Made by a program: the position numbers and the translations under genes. Below are positions 9,990 through 19,609 of a DNA stretch of 64,000 nucleotides, in pieces. Origin of the DNA: Bacteriovoracia bacterium (GTDB lineage Bacteria; Bdellovibrionota; UBA1018; JBFWNL01); contig JBFWNL010000001.1 in the NCBI GenBank assembly GCA_050251055.1, positions 203,825 through 267,824 on the forward strand, given 5' to 3'. How positions within the stretch are numbered: position 1 is the stretch's first letter; every line of letters starts with the position of its first letter. The notes below the pieces were generated by a model. The model was not told where the DNA came from and searched no databases. It saw nothing but the letters and a program-made list of their open reading frames with translations.

Positions 9990-10430
9990 TTAGAAACCCA
10001 TTTGTACGACGCAGCTTAGATCTTCGCGCAGGGACGGATTTGGTGGTCCTTTGAAGGTCAACTGCAGCTCAAGTTTGCCCTGGGCATAGCCGTTGCCGGC
10101 GGAGAGTGTGACCTTGAGCTTCTTGGTGGGAGCGCCGAATTGCCAGTCCATCGATTGCCCGTTCAAGACGATATCCCGGGAAGCGGGATCGACGTTCTTA
10201 GAGGTGACTACGAACCTTTCAAGGCCGAAGAGCTCATTGATCGCGTAGGTGCGAAGCTCAATCTGCTGCGGAGAGGTTTCGGGAATTGATTTCAGTGCAT
10301 AATGGAAGTTCGGCGCCAAGGTTTGGCAGTCGAGGATAGTCTCATTTCGGGGATGAGCTTGGGCGGGCGTGGTTGCCAGGTATGTGGCGATCACGCCGCT
10401 CAGGATCGAGGATAGGTAACGGGTACTCAT
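9990..10430 (-). CDS. small secreted hypothetical protein
   Basis: ATG at 10430 with AAGGAG SD; signal peptide ending AQA|; Cys near both termini. Confidence 0.65.
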   Translation of the reverse strand: MSTRYLSSILSGVIATYLATTPAQAHPRNETILDCQTLAPNFHYALKSIPETSPQQIELRTYAINELFGLERFVVTSKNVDPASRDIVLNGQSMDWQFGAPTKKLKVTLSAGNGYAQGKLELQLTFKGPPNPSLREDLSCVVQMGF

Positions 10431-10672
10431 GACTTCAGTCTCCTTACGGGTTTGAGTTCTACTCCGCCTGGGTGGAGCGGGCACAGCCATATAGTGCGAT
10501 ACGGTCGATCGCAAAGAAATGGCTCCTTGATCGCGGTATACCGTATTCTAGCGTATTCTGATTTTAGGGCTAAACTGTCAGATGAGTAGGAATGTTCAAG
10601 GTGGAGAGGTACCGCTCGCCCGTGGCTAGCGCAGGCGGTTTTATTATAGTTCGAACGGCATTCCTGCCGGTT

Positions 10673-10690
10673 GGAGCCGCAGTTAAATGG
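10673..10690 (+). pseudogene. remnant of the tRNA-Arg 5' end
   Basis: GGAGCCGCAGTTAAATGG is 17/18 identical to 4471-4488. Upstream TATAGT...TTCCTGCCGG echoes the tRNA leader TATAGT...ATCCCGCCGG. Confidence 0.6.
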
Positions 10691-10861
10691 CCTTTGCCTA
10701 ATAGCCTTACCTAAGTATTCGCCTAAGGCCAGTGGCGTAGAATCTACGGATTCGACGACGGCGGCATCGCCAAGTGCCGACGAGGCTTCGATCTCCCCCA
10801 AAAAAAACACGAAGAAGAAGCGGGTTAATTCTAAACGTTCTTCCGCCCAGAGACGGTGACC

Positions 10862-11569
10862 TCACAAAAGGTCTTCAAAAAAAGCGCCGAATCGGCGCTG
10901 CGGGTCATTCAGCTGCAGCTCCAACACCCAAACCGCGGCCGAAGGAAAAAACGGCACGGTCGCTAACTGCGCTTTGGAATAGCGATGATGCGGGAAATCG
11001 GCAACCCGGTGGCCTTCGACCCCATCCACCAGCAAGTACCCCATTTCGTGCGAGCGTCGTCTTAAAAACTCATAAAGTCCTTGCCCCGAAAGACTTTGGG
11101 ACCGCCACGCGGACTTCGCTTCTCCAAACAATTGTCGGGCGGTTGCGGCGCACTTTTCGGCTTCGGCGTTTTCTCCGAAGACAAAGGTGTCGCCGTAGTC
11201 GCCCTCGTACTCGAGGCCCAGCTCGGGGTCGCTCCATACGGGGCCGAGGTCGATGTAGTAGGGATCGCCCGTCTGAAGCCGGTAGTCGGGTTGCAGCGGA
11301 TCGTTGAAGGTGAGGGTCGTACCCGCGCCGAAGCGAATATAGGGTTTGTGCCAATGTTTGGTAACCCCCTGTTCGCGAAATACCCGCAAGGCAAGTTTGC
11401 GGGCTTCGTCTTCCGTCATGCCCTCCTTCAGCTCCCCGCGGAGGGTGGCCAAACCCGCGATCGTCTTTTCACGCGCACGAAGCAGGCCTTCGGTCACGAA
11501 CTTTGGATCGACGGCTTCCATTGCCTCTCGCGAGGGCGCTAAAATCCCTACCGGGTGGGGTTCATTCAT
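10862..11569 (-). CDS. M24 family metallopeptidase
   Basis: Pita-bread fold motifs GMTE, GDPYYIDLGP, EGDYGDTF, GHRV and a conserved LE. Confidence 0.8.
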   Translation of the reverse strand: MNEPHPVGILAPSREAMEAVDPKFVTEGLLRAREKTIAGLATLRGELKEGMTEDEARKLALRVFREQGVTKHWHKPYIRFGAGTTLTFNDPLQPDYRLQTGDPYYIDLGPVWSDPELGLEYEGDYGDTFVFGENAEAEKCAATARQLFGEAKSAWRSQSLSGQGLYEFLRRRSHEMGYLLVDGVEGHRVADFPHHRYSKAQLATVPFFPSAAVWVLELQLNDPQRRFGAFFEDLL

Positions 11570-11621
11570 GCGGGGACCATAGACGAACTCGAGGAACTTG
11601 GCAAAAGGTGTCGGGGACTGA

Positions 11622-13394
11622 TCACCTTAGGCGTTCATCGGTAATCTGAAGGGCGGCAGCCGGGTTTTTAGCGGCAAGCGGCGCGAGGTGGAAGCGTAAC
11701 TCGTCGAGGTGTATCGTCCCGGCGGTGGTGCCATTGAAAATGAAGCGCAGTCCGCGCACGCGCTTTAGGGAGATACTCCCGAAGAATTCCAGGGGTATCA
11801 TCACGGTATTGAGGACGGGGTGAGGCCAGCCGTAACCCCCCACGGGATCAAGAACCTGCGCGAAATCTCCGATTCGACGCTCGCTGGAGAGATGCCCTCC
11901 GGCGTCGACGAGCCTAATTCCGATGTCTAAGGGCTCGCCGCTCGGGGCGTTCACGGCGGCTCGCGAGATTCGGAAGCTGATATATCCGCCGCTTCTCATG
12001 TCGATCCCGCCGCCTGGTTCGGCCCACTCGGTTTGAAAATAGACGTTCTCACCTGGAGTCTCCCACCCAATGATGCCGGCCTCTAGCTCCGACCAGTATT
12101 GGGGCACCCGTCCGTAGCTCACGGTGACGTTTTCATGTACGTGGGCGGGCCCGTATAAATTAAATCCCGGCGGTCCCTGGAAGTTCTCGAGTACCGGATG
12201 GTAGCGCGTATCGGGGGTGGAAAGGTAGGCCCGCTCGATTTTAGTGAGCGCGCTCAGCGCGGGAGGAATCGCGTAGCGCGGATCAAATAGCTGGTTGAAG
12301 CGCACGTCGGCGTTGGCTCCCAGATTGGCGCGAAATAGCGCGAGTACGGCGCTCGAAGCGATTTGACGTTGAGCCGGCGATCCATTCAACGAGGGTTGAT
12401 CGATGGGAAACAACGGTGCATGACCGAAACAGCCAAACCCATCGGCGACGTGCCATTCCGTATTGAAGTAGTTATGGTTCGCGCCCCACACGTACAGCAG
12501 TGATTTGAGTTGAGGCGAGCTTTCACGATGAATGTTCATCGCCCGGTCAAACGGACGAACCCCCAGCAGCAGGGCGTTGTCGTCGTCGCAAGCGGGAAGA
12601 ATCTGGGCCCACGCTAAGCCATCGACGTTAAACAAACGGGTATATCGGCTGTCCATGCCGGCGATTTCGAATACGGCCCGCACTCGCAGGGGGTCGGGGA
12701 TAACGCCGGGCCAGATGCTGCCCGGATCCCGGTACAAGGTGGGCACGGCCCGCATCGCCTCGCCGCCGCGAGAGTGGCCTAGGAGCCCGACTTGCTGGAA
12801 GTCGATCCGACCGCGCAAGTCGATCCCGAAGTCGGCGGGAGTGGGGGCGTCTCCCCGATTCCAATGGCTAAGATACGCCAAGTGTTTGAGTACGAGGCGA
12901 GCCCGAGCCTGGACAAGTCCTTCGTCATCCTCAGGCGATTCCATGCAGTTGATGCCGCGGTTGGAGTTCACCGACACAACGAAGTATCCCCACGAAGCAA
13001 GCTGGTTGGCCAGATAGTCGAAGCCACGATGGCTCGGGATGACGACTTCACCGGGGCCGCAGGTGCCAGTGCTTGCGTACTGACAGGAACCTGGCTGCCG
13101 ATACGCGGTTCCCTGCCAGATTCCGCAGGTCGGGTGATTCCCATGTAGGAAGACAACCAGCGGTAAGGGCGCCGGGGGGGCTTGCTTGGGCCAGTAGAAC
13201 TCACCCCAGATTTCCGTAATCCGGTTGGGGAGGACCTGCGGGTCGAGTGCGGGAGGGAGCCGGTATTCAGCGTGGCGTGCCGTGTAGGGGCCGAATCCCG
13301 CGGCGTCAGGCGCCAGGGGCGGAGCCGACCAGGCCAGCGGGAGCGAAAGCCAAGTCAACGCCACTAAAGAAATGAATGGATGCTGCCCCCACAC
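11622..13394 (-). CDS. secreted alpha/beta hydrolase
   Basis: Signal peptide; PLVVFLHGNH, nucleophile elbow GHSRGG, GANHNYFN; extra C-terminal beta-sandwich-like domain. Confidence 0.8.
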   Translation of the reverse strand: MWGQHPFISLVALTWLSLPLAWSAPPLAPDAAGFGPYTARHAEYRLPPALDPQVLPNRITEIWGEFYWPKQAPPAPLPLVVFLHGNHPTCGIWQGTAYRQPGSCQYASTGTCGPGEVVIPSHRGFDYLANQLASWGYFVVSVNSNRGINCMESPEDDEGLVQARARLVLKHLAYLSHWNRGDAPTPADFGIDLRGRIDFQQVGLLGHSRGGEAMRAVPTLYRDPGSIWPGVIPDPLRVRAVFEIAGMDSRYTRLFNVDGLAWAQILPACDDDNALLLGVRPFDRAMNIHRESSPQLKSLLYVWGANHNYFNTEWHVADGFGCFGHAPLFPIDQPSLNGSPAQRQIASSAVLALFRANLGANADVRFNQLFDPRYAIPPALSALTKIERAYLSTPDTRYHPVLENFQGPPGFNLYGPAHVHENVTVSYGRVPQYWSELEAGIIGWETPGENVYFQTEWAEPGGGIDMRSGGYISFRISRAAVNAPSGEPLDIGIRLVDAGGHLSSERRIGDFAQVLDPVGGYGWPHPVLNTVMIPLEFFGSISLKRVRGLRFIFNGTTAGTIHLDELRFHLAPLAAKNPAAALQITDERLR

Positions 13395-13514
13395 GCGAGA
13401 ATGCCTTTCACGATCCGACCCGAAAAGGGGGCACCACTCCGGGCGGATCTATTTCTTCTAAGGTACCAGTCCCCGGCGTCGCGGAGAATGTGTCAAATAT
13501 TACTGGACGGGTTG

Positions 13515-14861
13515 CTACTTTGTGCGTCCGCCCCGCCGACCACGCCCTCCCCGGCGCCGCTTCCGACGGCCATTGCCGGACGGAGCATCTCTTCCCGGCG
13601 CCGCGGCCGAGCCGCTTCGTGCGTCCGCCAGGTTCCGAACGGACTGGCGGTTGCCGCCGCTGCGTTGTTTACCCCGCCGAGTTTGTACGGCGAGGCCCGG
13701 TGGCGTGGCGATCACGCTGAGTTTTCGGCGGATCGTGCGCTCGATGTTGGCGAGATTCGTTTTCTCGTCGGGCGCGCAGAACGCGACCGCGATTCCGCTA
13801 TGGCCCGCGCGCGCGGTGCGGCCAATGCGATGGACGTAGTTTTCGGCCACGTCCGGGATGTCGTAGTTATAGACGTGCGTGACTTGGTCGATGTCGATGC
13901 CGCGCGAGGCGATGTCCGTCGCCACCAACACTTGCACGTCGCCCGACTTCAAGCTGTCGAGCGCCCGTTCGCGCGCGCCCTGGGACTTGTTGCCGTGGAT
14001 CGCCGCCGCTCCGAAGCCCGCAGCCTCCAGTCCTTCGGCCACCCGGTTGGCATCTCGTTTGGTCCGCGTGAAGACCAGGGTGCGTTTCGCCGTCGGATCC
14101 TTGAGGAGATGGATCAAGAGCGAGAGCTTCTGGTTTTCGTTAACGAAGAAGATCGCCTGGGCGATTTTTTCCGCGGTCGTTGCCGCGGGCGTGACTTCCA
14201 CTTTCAAGGGGTCCGTCAGGATCTGGTGCGCGAGCTTGCCGATCTCGGGTGGCATCGTCGCCGAGAAAAATAGCGTCTGGCGTTTCGTGGGGAGCATCGC
14301 GATCACGCGTTTCACGTCATGGATAAAGCCCATGTCGAGCATTCGGTCGGCTTCGTCCAGCACGAAAATCTCCAGGTACTGGAAGTTCAGCGCGCGCTGC
14401 TGGAGCAGGTCGAGCAGGCGCCCCGGCGTGGCGATCAAGATATCCACGCCTTTTCGTAGTACGGCAACCTGGGGGTTTTGGCCCACGCCCCCGAAGATGA
14501 CGGTATTACGAAGGTGTAGCCCGCGGCCGTAATTGGAGAAACTGTCGCCAATCTGGGTCGCCAGCTCGCGCGTTGGGGTGAGGATCAGGGCCCGAATGCG
14601 GGGGCGTCCGTCGCGTGTCTGCTTGTGGTTCTGGTCGAGTAACTGAAGAATGGGCAGTGCGAATGCCGCCGTCTTGCCGGTCCCCGTTTGGGCGCAGCCC
14701 AAGAGATCGCGCCCCGACAGCACGATAGGGATAGCCTTTTGCTGGATTGGGGTGGGGGTGGCATACCCCTCCGCCTTTACCGCGTGAAGGATCGGGGCAA
14801 TGAGCTTGAGCTCATCGAAACTGGTGGGGCTCGGGGATGTCACTTCAGAAGGTGTTTGCAT
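13515..14861 (-). CDS. rhlE: DEAD-box RNA helicase RhlE-like
   Basis: AQTGTGKT, PTRELA, DEAD, SAT and HRIGRTAR motifs; RG-rich tail. Confidence 0.9.
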   Translation of the reverse strand: MQTPSEVTSPSPTSFDELKLIAPILHAVKAEGYATPTPIQQKAIPIVLSGRDLLGCAQTGTGKTAAFALPILQLLDQNHKQTRDGRPRIRALILTPTRELATQIGDSFSNYGRGLHLRNTVIFGGVGQNPQVAVLRKGVDILIATPGRLLDLLQQRALNFQYLEIFVLDEADRMLDMGFIHDVKRVIAMLPTKRQTLFFSATMPPEIGKLAHQILTDPLKVEVTPAATTAEKIAQAIFFVNENQKLSLLIHLLKDPTAKRTLVFTRTKRDANRVAEGLEAAGFGAAAIHGNKSQGARERALDSLKSGDVQVLVATDIASRGIDIDQVTHVYNYDIPDVAENYVHRIGRTARAGHSGIAVAFCAPDEKTNLANIERTIRRKLSVIATPPGLAVQTRRGKQRSGGNRQSVRNLADARSGSAAAPGRDAPSGNGRRKRRRGGRGRRGGRTK

Positions 14862-14893
14862 TCTCTTTAGATTCAAGTCAGTAACACACTTGT

Positions 14894-16084
14894 ATGCAGG
14901 ATGTCATTATATTGGGCGCGGGGGGCGCCGGCATGATGTGCGCGATTGAGGCCGGCCGCCGCGGCCGGCGGGTCCTGCTGATGGATCATTATAAGAAGTT
15001 AGGAGGCAAAATCCTCATTTCCGGAGGGGGCCGCTGCAATTTCACGAATTTAGGCGCTAGCCCAGTCAATTACGTGTCCGAAAACCCCCATTTCATGAAA
15101 TCGGCGTTGTCGCGCTACCCGTCTTCTCAATTCATCAAAATGGTCGAATCCTATGGGATCGCCTATCACGAGAAGAAGCTCGGGCAGCTTTTCTGCGATG
15201 AATCGGCCCAGTCCATCGTCGACATGCTCAAGGCGGGATGTGACGGGGTGGGCGCCCAGTTTCGGCTAGAGTGCCGGATTGACCGAGTAGAGACTCGCGA
15301 CGGTGGGGGCTTCCGAGTGGAGACGAGCCAGGGCCCGTTTGAAGCGGAGTCCTTGGTGGTGGCCACCGGCGGCCTGTCCATCCCGAAAATCGGCGCTACC
15401 GACTTGGGCTATCGTCTAGCGGCTCAGTTTGGGTTGCGGGTGACCGAGCGGGCGCCGGCGCTCGATGGGTTCGTTTTTTCCTCGGCGGACCAGCCCGTCT
15501 TCGCCGACTTGGCAGGGATCTCCATCGACTGCGTAATGAGCTGCAAGGGGATGGGGTTCCGGGAAAACCTGCTTTTCACTCATACAGGATTAAGCGGCCC
15601 CGCGGCCCTGCAAGCCTCTTTGCATTGGTATCCCGGGGATGAGGTCAGCGTGAATCTGCTCCCGGAGCTGTCGGCGGGGGACTGGCTGATCGAAAAGAAG
15701 AAGGCCGGATCGCGTTCGCTCACTCGTAACTTGCTCGCCGAGAAGTTGCCCGCGCGCTTCGCGGAGCGTTTTGTCGAACGCCTAAACCTGACCCAGTTTC
15801 CCGCGGAGCTTTCGATGGATCGGGTCCCGGATAAGGCCTTGCAGGACCTTGGTCGCCGCTTGAATGCATGGACGTTCGTTCCTTCGGGAACGGTGGGGTA
15901 CCAAAAGGCCGAGGTCACACGAGGGGGCGTGGATACCCGTGATCTATCTTCCAAGACGATGCAGGCGAATCAGGTGCCAGGTCTGTACTTCGTCGGAGAG
16001 GTTGTAGACGTTACCGGCTGGCTCGGGGGTTACAACTTCCAGTGGGCGTGGGCGTCGGGCTGGGCGGCCGGCCAGGTTGTGTAG
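14894..16084 (+). CDS. HI0933/BaiN (YhiN) family flavoprotein
   Basis: GAGGAG, ISGGGRCNFTN, VTRGGV and GWLGGYNFQWAWASG motifs. Confidence 0.93.
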   Translation: MQDVIILGAGGAGMMCAIEAGRRGRRVLLMDHYKKLGGKILISGGGRCNFTNLGASPVNYVSENPHFMKSALSRYPSSQFIKMVESYGIAYHEKKLGQLFCDESAQSIVDMLKAGCDGVGAQFRLECRIDRVETRDGGGFRVETSQGPFEAESLVVATGGLSIPKIGATDLGYRLAAQFGLRVTERAPALDGFVFSSADQPVFADLAGISIDCVMSCKGMGFRENLLFTHTGLSGPAALQASLHWYPGDEVSVNLLPELSAGDWLIEKKKAGSRSLTRNLLAEKLPARFAERFVERLNLTQFPAELSMDRVPDKALQDLGRRLNAWTFVPSGTVGYQKAEVTRGGVDTRDLSSKTMQANQVPGLYFVGEVVDVTGWLGGYNFQWAWASGWAAGQVV

Positions 16085-16122
16085 GCTTGCAAACTCAAGT
16101 TAAAGGTGTAGCTTATTAAGGA

Positions 16123-16818
16123 ATGGGCACCCTAGACGTACACGCAGACCTGGGCCAGCTGCTGGCCTTTTTCGCCCCCAAGATTTTTTGGGGACTGATT
16201 TGCGGCGGAATTATCGGCCTCGAGCGCGAGCTCAAGCACAAATCCGCCGGCATCAAAACGAACATGTTGATCTGCGTGGGCGCTGTGATCTATTCCGCGA
16301 TTTCCGTGCTCATCTCCGAAGTGCATGCCAAGCAAAGCGGCGCCTTCAGCGATCCTGGCCGCGTGGCCGCGCAGATCGTATCGGGTATCGGCTTTCTAGG
16401 CGGCGGCGCAATTATTCAGTCCCGCGGAACCGTCCACGGTCTGACCACCGCGGCTACGATCTGGGTAGTGGCGGCACTGGGGACCTGCATCGGCTTAGGT
16501 TACTCCATGATCGCCGTATGCGTGGCTTTGCTGGTAGTCGTGGTGTTGACCCTGATTACCTTCATCGAAGGTCGTTTCATGGGGCGCTCCCACCTTTATC
16601 ATTGTGAGATTACGGTCGATGACCCGGCCGGCACCATTCGCAAGAGCGTCAACGACGCCATAGAAGAGAATAATCTTCACCTGAGCGACTTTGACTTCGG
16701 CATGAACGGCGATGACTCCACCATGGTCATTAAGTATCGTGGGTTTGTCACGGACCATAAGAAGTTCCTCATGGATCTCTGGTGCATCTCCGGCATCAAA
16801 GAAGTGAAGCAGCGCTAG
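16123..16818 (+). CDS. MgtC/SapB family membrane protein
   Basis: IGLERE...AGIKT, DPGRVAAQIVSGIGFLGGG and GLTTAATIW motifs. Confidence 0.92.
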   Translation: MGTLDVHADLGQLLAFFAPKIFWGLICGGIIGLERELKHKSAGIKTNMLICVGAVIYSAISVLISEVHAKQSGAFSDPGRVAAQIVSGIGFLGGGAIIQSRGTVHGLTTAATIWVVAALGTCIGLGYSMIAVCVALLVVVVLTLITFIEGRFMGRSHLYHCEITVDDPAGTIRKSVNDAIEENNLHLSDFDFGMNGDDSTMVIKYRGFVTDHKKFLMDLWCISGIKEVKQR

Positions 16819-16928
16819 CTGCTTATTTAATAAATATATAACAATCATAGCTATTATATATTTTCCAAATAGTGGATGCTCGCCTACTTTCCGCTTCGAC
16901 GTAACGATTTAACTCGAAGGGGAAGTAT

Positions 16929-17492
16929 ATGAAGCCAGGATTCATCGGAAAAACGGCGAAACTGACGGCAGCTTTGGGGCTATTGACCTTGGGCTCGGCG
17001 GTAGGCGCTTTCGCGAACGATAGTTATCGCCGGGTGCGGCTGGCAGGGGACACGAAGCAAGCGCTGGAGCGCTGCGTGGAAGGCGTAGAAGCCGGAATGG
17101 CTACGGACGTGGTGGCCTGCCCGGTGGTGAAGCGTTACGAGGTGAAAAATCTCAAGCGAGCGCTCAAAGTGCTACTCGCGGACGAGGGCGTTTCCGACGC
17201 GGTTTTGCTACCGTCCCACTTCGCTTTGGCCAAGCTCATCGATAGCATCAACGCCCAGCAAGCGCAGGTGGAAGAGTCCTGTGAAGGCCATATGGAACCT
17301 GCTCGCGAGGCCCTGGTGAACGTGAAGAAAGAGCTTCGTCAATTGGTTTCTCTGAACGCGCGTGCCGGTGGGTATGCGCTTTTTGAAGCGGATACGTATT
17401 GGGCTCCGAGCGTGAACGCCCGCGCCCTCGTGCTGGTGAATCCAAAGGACCTGACGGTTACCATCGTGATGCATGGAGATACCGACGGCTGA
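16929..17492 (+). CDS. secreted hypothetical protein
   Basis: Signal peptide ending AFA|; SD-like GAAGGGG upstream. Confidence 0.7.
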   Translation: MKPGFIGKTAKLTAALGLLTLGSAVGAFANDSYRRVRLAGDTKQALERCVEGVEAGMATDVVACPVVKRYEVKNLKRALKVLLADEGVSDAVLLPSHFALAKLIDSINAQQAQVEESCEGHMEPAREALVNVKKELRQLVSLNARAGGYALFEADTYWAPSVNARALVLVNPKDLTVTIVMHGDTDG

Positions 17493-17629
17493 GCGAAGGC
17501 CCGGCCGGGTTTAGGGGCCGAGTAAATGCTCGGTAGGGGACCTGCTCCCGGCATCTCCAAAAATCACGCATGCGCGCCCGCCTCGGATCGCTACTAGCGA
17601 ATCGAGGCGGGCGCGGTTATTTTGTCCTG

Positions 17630-17923
17630 ATGGTGACAATGCAAATTTATATTTCCGGACGAGTTCAGGGCGTGGGTTTTCGTGCATTTACGCGGCGACA
17701 GGCGGAGCGTTATCCCTCGCTTCGCGGTTACGTTCGAAACCTTTCCGACGGCCGGGTGGAGGTTCTCGTCAGCGGGTTAGCCGCCGATTTGGAAGCGTTG
17801 GTCCGGGCCTGTCGACAGGGGCCGCCCCACTCCCGGGTGGACGGAGTAGAGGAACGGGAGCTAACGGAGGCTTCGCCGGGCTGGATTTCCCACGCGGAGC
17901 TGCCGAAATTCACGGTCCGCTAA
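17630..17923 (+). CDS. acyP: acylphosphatase
   Basis: ISGRVQGVGFR, GYVRNLSDGRVE and GPP.SRV motifs. Confidence 0.92.
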   Translation: MVTMQIYISGRVQGVGFRAFTRRQAERYPSLRGYVRNLSDGRVEVLVSGLAADLEALVRACRQGPPHSRVDGVEERELTEASPGWISHAELPKFTVR

Positions 17924-17944
17924 CTGCCGGACGCCGTATGCGTT

Positions 17945-18217
17945 CTATTGAACGATGACTTTGAATTCTTTGCCGGGGCGGAAACGTGGCACGGTCATGG
18001 ACGGAATTTCCATTTCCTTGCCCGTTTGCGGATTGCGGCCGACGCGGGCCTTGCGGCGCAGGCGCGTGAAGGTGCCGAAGCCGGAAAGGGTGACGTCGTC
18101 GCCCTTCTTCACGCTCTTTTTGATGATATCGATGGCGGCATTGAGGGTGGCCTCGATGCTCGTTTTGGTTTGTTGGGTGTCTTTGGCAATTCGTTCAACC
18201 AGATCCGCTTTGTTCAT
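17945..18217 (-). CDS. HU family DNA-binding protein
   Basis: MNKADL, GFGTF and RVGRNPQTG motifs. Confidence 0.93.
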   Translation of the reverse strand: MNKADLVERIAKDTQQTKTSIEATLNAAIDIIKKSVKKGDDVTLSGFGTFTRLRRKARVGRNPQTGKEMEIPSMTVPRFRPGKEFKVIVQ

Positions 18218-18275
18218 CTTCTGCGCTCAGCCTCCGAGATAGAAAACCTGTAATGGGTTGAAATGGAATGGGGCG

Positions 18276-18304
18276 AAGATAGTTTTTCTAGGTGCGTTAG
18301 TCAA
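18276..18304 (-). promoter_or_regulatory. sigma70 promoter for the HU gene
   Basis: TTGACT-17 nt-TATCTT on the minus strand. Confidence 0.55.
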
Positions 18305-18367
18305 TCGGGTTTCCTGTCAAGCTAAATAATCCGAATTCGTCTCGGCGCTTTTTTTGCCGATTTCTCC

Positions 18368-18396
18368 TTGCCAAAGCCAAGGGCGGTCTTTAGCTT
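18368..18396 (+). promoter_or_regulatory. sigma70 promoter for ihfB
   Basis: TTGCCA-17 nt-TAGCTT. Confidence 0.5.
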
Positions 18397-18438
18397 TAAT
18401 ATAAATAGGGCATTGAATTGACAGGGAGAAATCTAGTC

Positions 18439-18729
18439 ATGACCAAAGCTGATCTGATCGCGGTGGTTTCCGAAAAAGCACATCTTCAACACAAGCAAGC
18501 GGAGATGGTCGTTAACATGGTTTTCGATATGATGGCCGACGCTTTAAAGAAAGATGACCGCATCGAAATTCGTGGCTTCGGCTCCTTCGTCAACCGCAGC
18601 TACGGCAGCTACCAAGGTCGTAACCCTAAAACCGGCCAAGTTGTGAATGTTCCACCCAAGCGCGTGCCTTTCTTTAAGGTTGGCAAGGAGCTTAAGGAAA
18701 TGGTGGACTACCCGGAAGGCAAGAAGTAA
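18439..18729 (+). CDS. ihfB: integration host factor subunit beta
   Basis: RIEIRGFGSF, GRNPKTG and VPFFKVGKELKE motifs. Confidence 0.85.
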   Translation: MTKADLIAVVSEKAHLQHKQAEMVVNMVFDMMADALKKDDRIEIRGFGSFVNRSYGSYQGRNPKTGQVVNVPPKRVPFFKVGKELKEMVDYPEGKK

Positions 18730-18768
18730 GGGCCGTTCGGGCCCGGCTCCATCCGAAATCGCTATCGC

Positions 18769-19590
18769 TTAGCGATTCTTCATCCAGAACCAGCCTAAGA
18801 TCACCGCCGCAAAAAGGCAGCGGTAGAAAAGCGCGCCGGCGAGCCCCTTGTTTTGAATCTGCTTCATGAGGCTACCGATCGCCATCAGCCCACAGAGAAA
18901 GCTCACCGCCACCGCCATGGAAAAAGTCAAGGTGCTGATCCCGCTGACGGACGTCGAACGCAGCTCCAGCAGGGTTTGTACCAAGAGCACCGGCCCGAAC
19001 GTCAGAAACGTGAACTTCGCGCAGGATTCGCGGCTATAGTTACGGAACAGACCTCCCGCAAAAGCCCCGATTTGACGGCCGCCTCCGGGTAGGAGGGACA
19101 CGCACTGGGCGAATCCCACCACGAGCGCGTCCACCCAGTTCCAGCTCAGCATGTTCTTCGTTCGGCGGTTAAGGCGATCGGCCAACCAGACGGGCACGCA
19201 GAGCAAGGCGAGGGAGCCAGCGACCCAGAACGGGGACCAGTTTTCTGGGCTGGGAAGCTCGATCTGCATTTGCCGGATGGTCAGCAGCAGCACGATCATG
19301 GGTAGATTGGCCAGGAGGAGAAAAAGAGGCATGCGCTCGTCGAGCGTCATGGGTTTTTTCCAAAGCAGGGTCACGCGCAGGCAGGATGACACGATGCTCG
19401 CCCAGTCATGCCGAAAATAGATCAGCACGGCGAGGCAAGCGCCTAGGGATAGGGGGCCCATCAGCCCGTCCTGGACGGTCGGCCACTCCAGCAGGGTCGA
19501 GATCGCCCACATATGCGCGGTTTCCCCGACTGGGATGAAGAGGGAGAATCCATAAACGGCGGCATATACGATGGCTTGAAAAGTGGTCAA
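18769..19590 (-). CDS. divergent undecaprenyl-diphosphatase (UppP/BacA-like)
   Basis: Multi-TM protein with 'AVLIYFR.D', 'DALVVGFAQ..SLLPG..R' and 'FYR'; the canonical EFLPISS motif is altered. Confidence 0.75.
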   Translation of the reverse strand: MTTFQAIVYAAVYGFSLFIPVGETAHMWAISTLLEWPTVQDGLMGPLSLGACLAVLIYFRHDWASIVSSCLRVTLLWKKPMTLDERMPLFLLLANLPMIVLLLTIRQMQIELPSPENWSPFWVAGSLALLCVPVWLADRLNRRTKNMLSWNWVDALVVGFAQCVSLLPGGGRQIGAFAGGLFRNYSRESCAKFTFLTFGPVLLVQTLLELRSTSVSGISTLTFSMAVAVSFLCGLMAIGSLMKQIQNKGLAGALFYRCLFAAVILGWFWMKNR

Positions 19591-19609
19591 ACGGGGGCTC
19601 CTCCCTGGC

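Noticed and set aside
13380-14532. Long antisense and alternate-frame ORFs (e.g. 124-1002, 13380-14273, 25316-26149, 45884-46795)
   Set aside because: They are shadow ORFs expected opposite GC-rich genes and show no recognisable motifs.
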